A DNA stretch of 63,980 nt, filler included, from Ministeria vibrans ATCC 50519 (lineage: Eukaryota > Protista > Filasterea): assembly GCA_943704425.1 (NCBI GenBank). It is 9 parts of 9 records of this genome, joined end to end, with 100 filler letters (N's around TTAATTAATTAA, not from the genome) between each part and the next. Parts side by side here need not be neighbours in the genome. Positions count along the whole stretch, not along the records: positions 62,693 to 63,980 come from CALSCP010000595.1; 8 more parts are not named here. One strand, 5' to 3'. Of the stretch, positions 63,344 to 63,980 are shown one piece after another; position 1 is the stretch's first letter; the number at the start of each line of letters is the position of its first letter. The translations under genes and the position numbers were made by a program. The notes beneath the pieces were generated by a model. The model was not told where the DNA came from. It made no database searches and saw nothing but the letters and a program-made list of their open reading frames with translations.

Positions 63344-63791
63344 ATGAAGCTCGATCGGAACTTGGGTGTGATTAATCTGAACATTACGCTCTATGCGTTC
63401 TGCTTCTGGCTGTGTCAGCCGATGCTGCCGAACTTGACCAAGCAGCTTGGCGCCGATCCCATCACTTTCGGCTACCTGCAGACCACCTTTAGCTTGGTGC
63501 AACTAATCGGTGGACCGCTCGTCGGGCGAGTACGGTGTTCCTGAGACAGCCAACAATCTAACCCTAACCCCTTTCCCGCAGATTGTCGACATTCGCGGCG
63601 CGCGCTTTGCCCTGATAGCCAGTCAGGTACCCTGCAGGGACCCAACCACGCACGTCTCCTCATTGAGTCTCTTTCAGATCGCCGGGGGCCTTGCCTATCT
63701 CCTGCTTGGCGTCTCAGTGCACGCCGGCCTTGTCATGCTCTTTGTGAGTCGCCTGCCAACGCTGATTCAGCACTCCATGCAAGCTGCCCAG
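63344..63791 (+). CDS. MFS transporter, SLC22A18-like, 5' part (3 exons)
   Basis: LGADPITFGYLQTTFSLVQLIGGPLVGR|IVDIRGARFAL, LFVSRLP...HSMQAAQ. Confidence 0.85.
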
Positions 63792-63918
63792 GCAATCACA
63801 TGCAAACACTCTCACCGGCACCCGCACCACCATTGCCTTCCCTTTGTTCTTGCTCTTTCTCTCTCTCTCTCTCTATCACTTTGTTTCTTTCTCCTCTCTC
63901 TCTATCACTTGTTTCTTT

Positions 63919-63980
<62 letters not shown>

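Overview
Eukaryotic, gene-dense, intron-rich nuclear DNA from a unicellular, probably flagellated protist. The gene set suggests Amorphea/Holozoa, but that is inference. The window is not one locus: it holds nine contigs joined by artificial 100-bp N44-TTAATTAATTAA-N44 spacers, plus one 10-N scaffold gap, and most contigs end in microsatellites. The code is standard and introns are short GT-AG, with at least four GC-AG donors. I reconstructed about 33 genes or gene fragments by hand-splicing: a PhyH-type dioxygenase/double-cupin membrane protein, GH29 fucosidase, SAP+3RRM RAVER-like protein, PARG, an IA-2/PTPRN-like receptor pseudophosphatase with a huge acidic repeat ectodomain, LRWD1/ORCA (split by a foreign 2.1-kb segment), quinone oxidoreductase, TM9SF3, AADAT-like aminotransferase, serine palmitoyltransferase LCB2, GCP6 head-to-head with DNA-PKcs, strumpellin, SAXO4/PPP1R32, a PX-BAR sorting nexin, Pkr1, mitochondrial NAD-formate dehydrogenase, RIIAD1, TraB, RBM34, RPT4 and an SLC22A18-like MFS transporter. 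The best candidate for new biology is the IA-2-like, convertase-cleavable, granin-like acidic receptor pseudophosphatase, which would be dense-core-vesicle-type machinery in a protist. All homologies come from remembered motifs; no searches were run.
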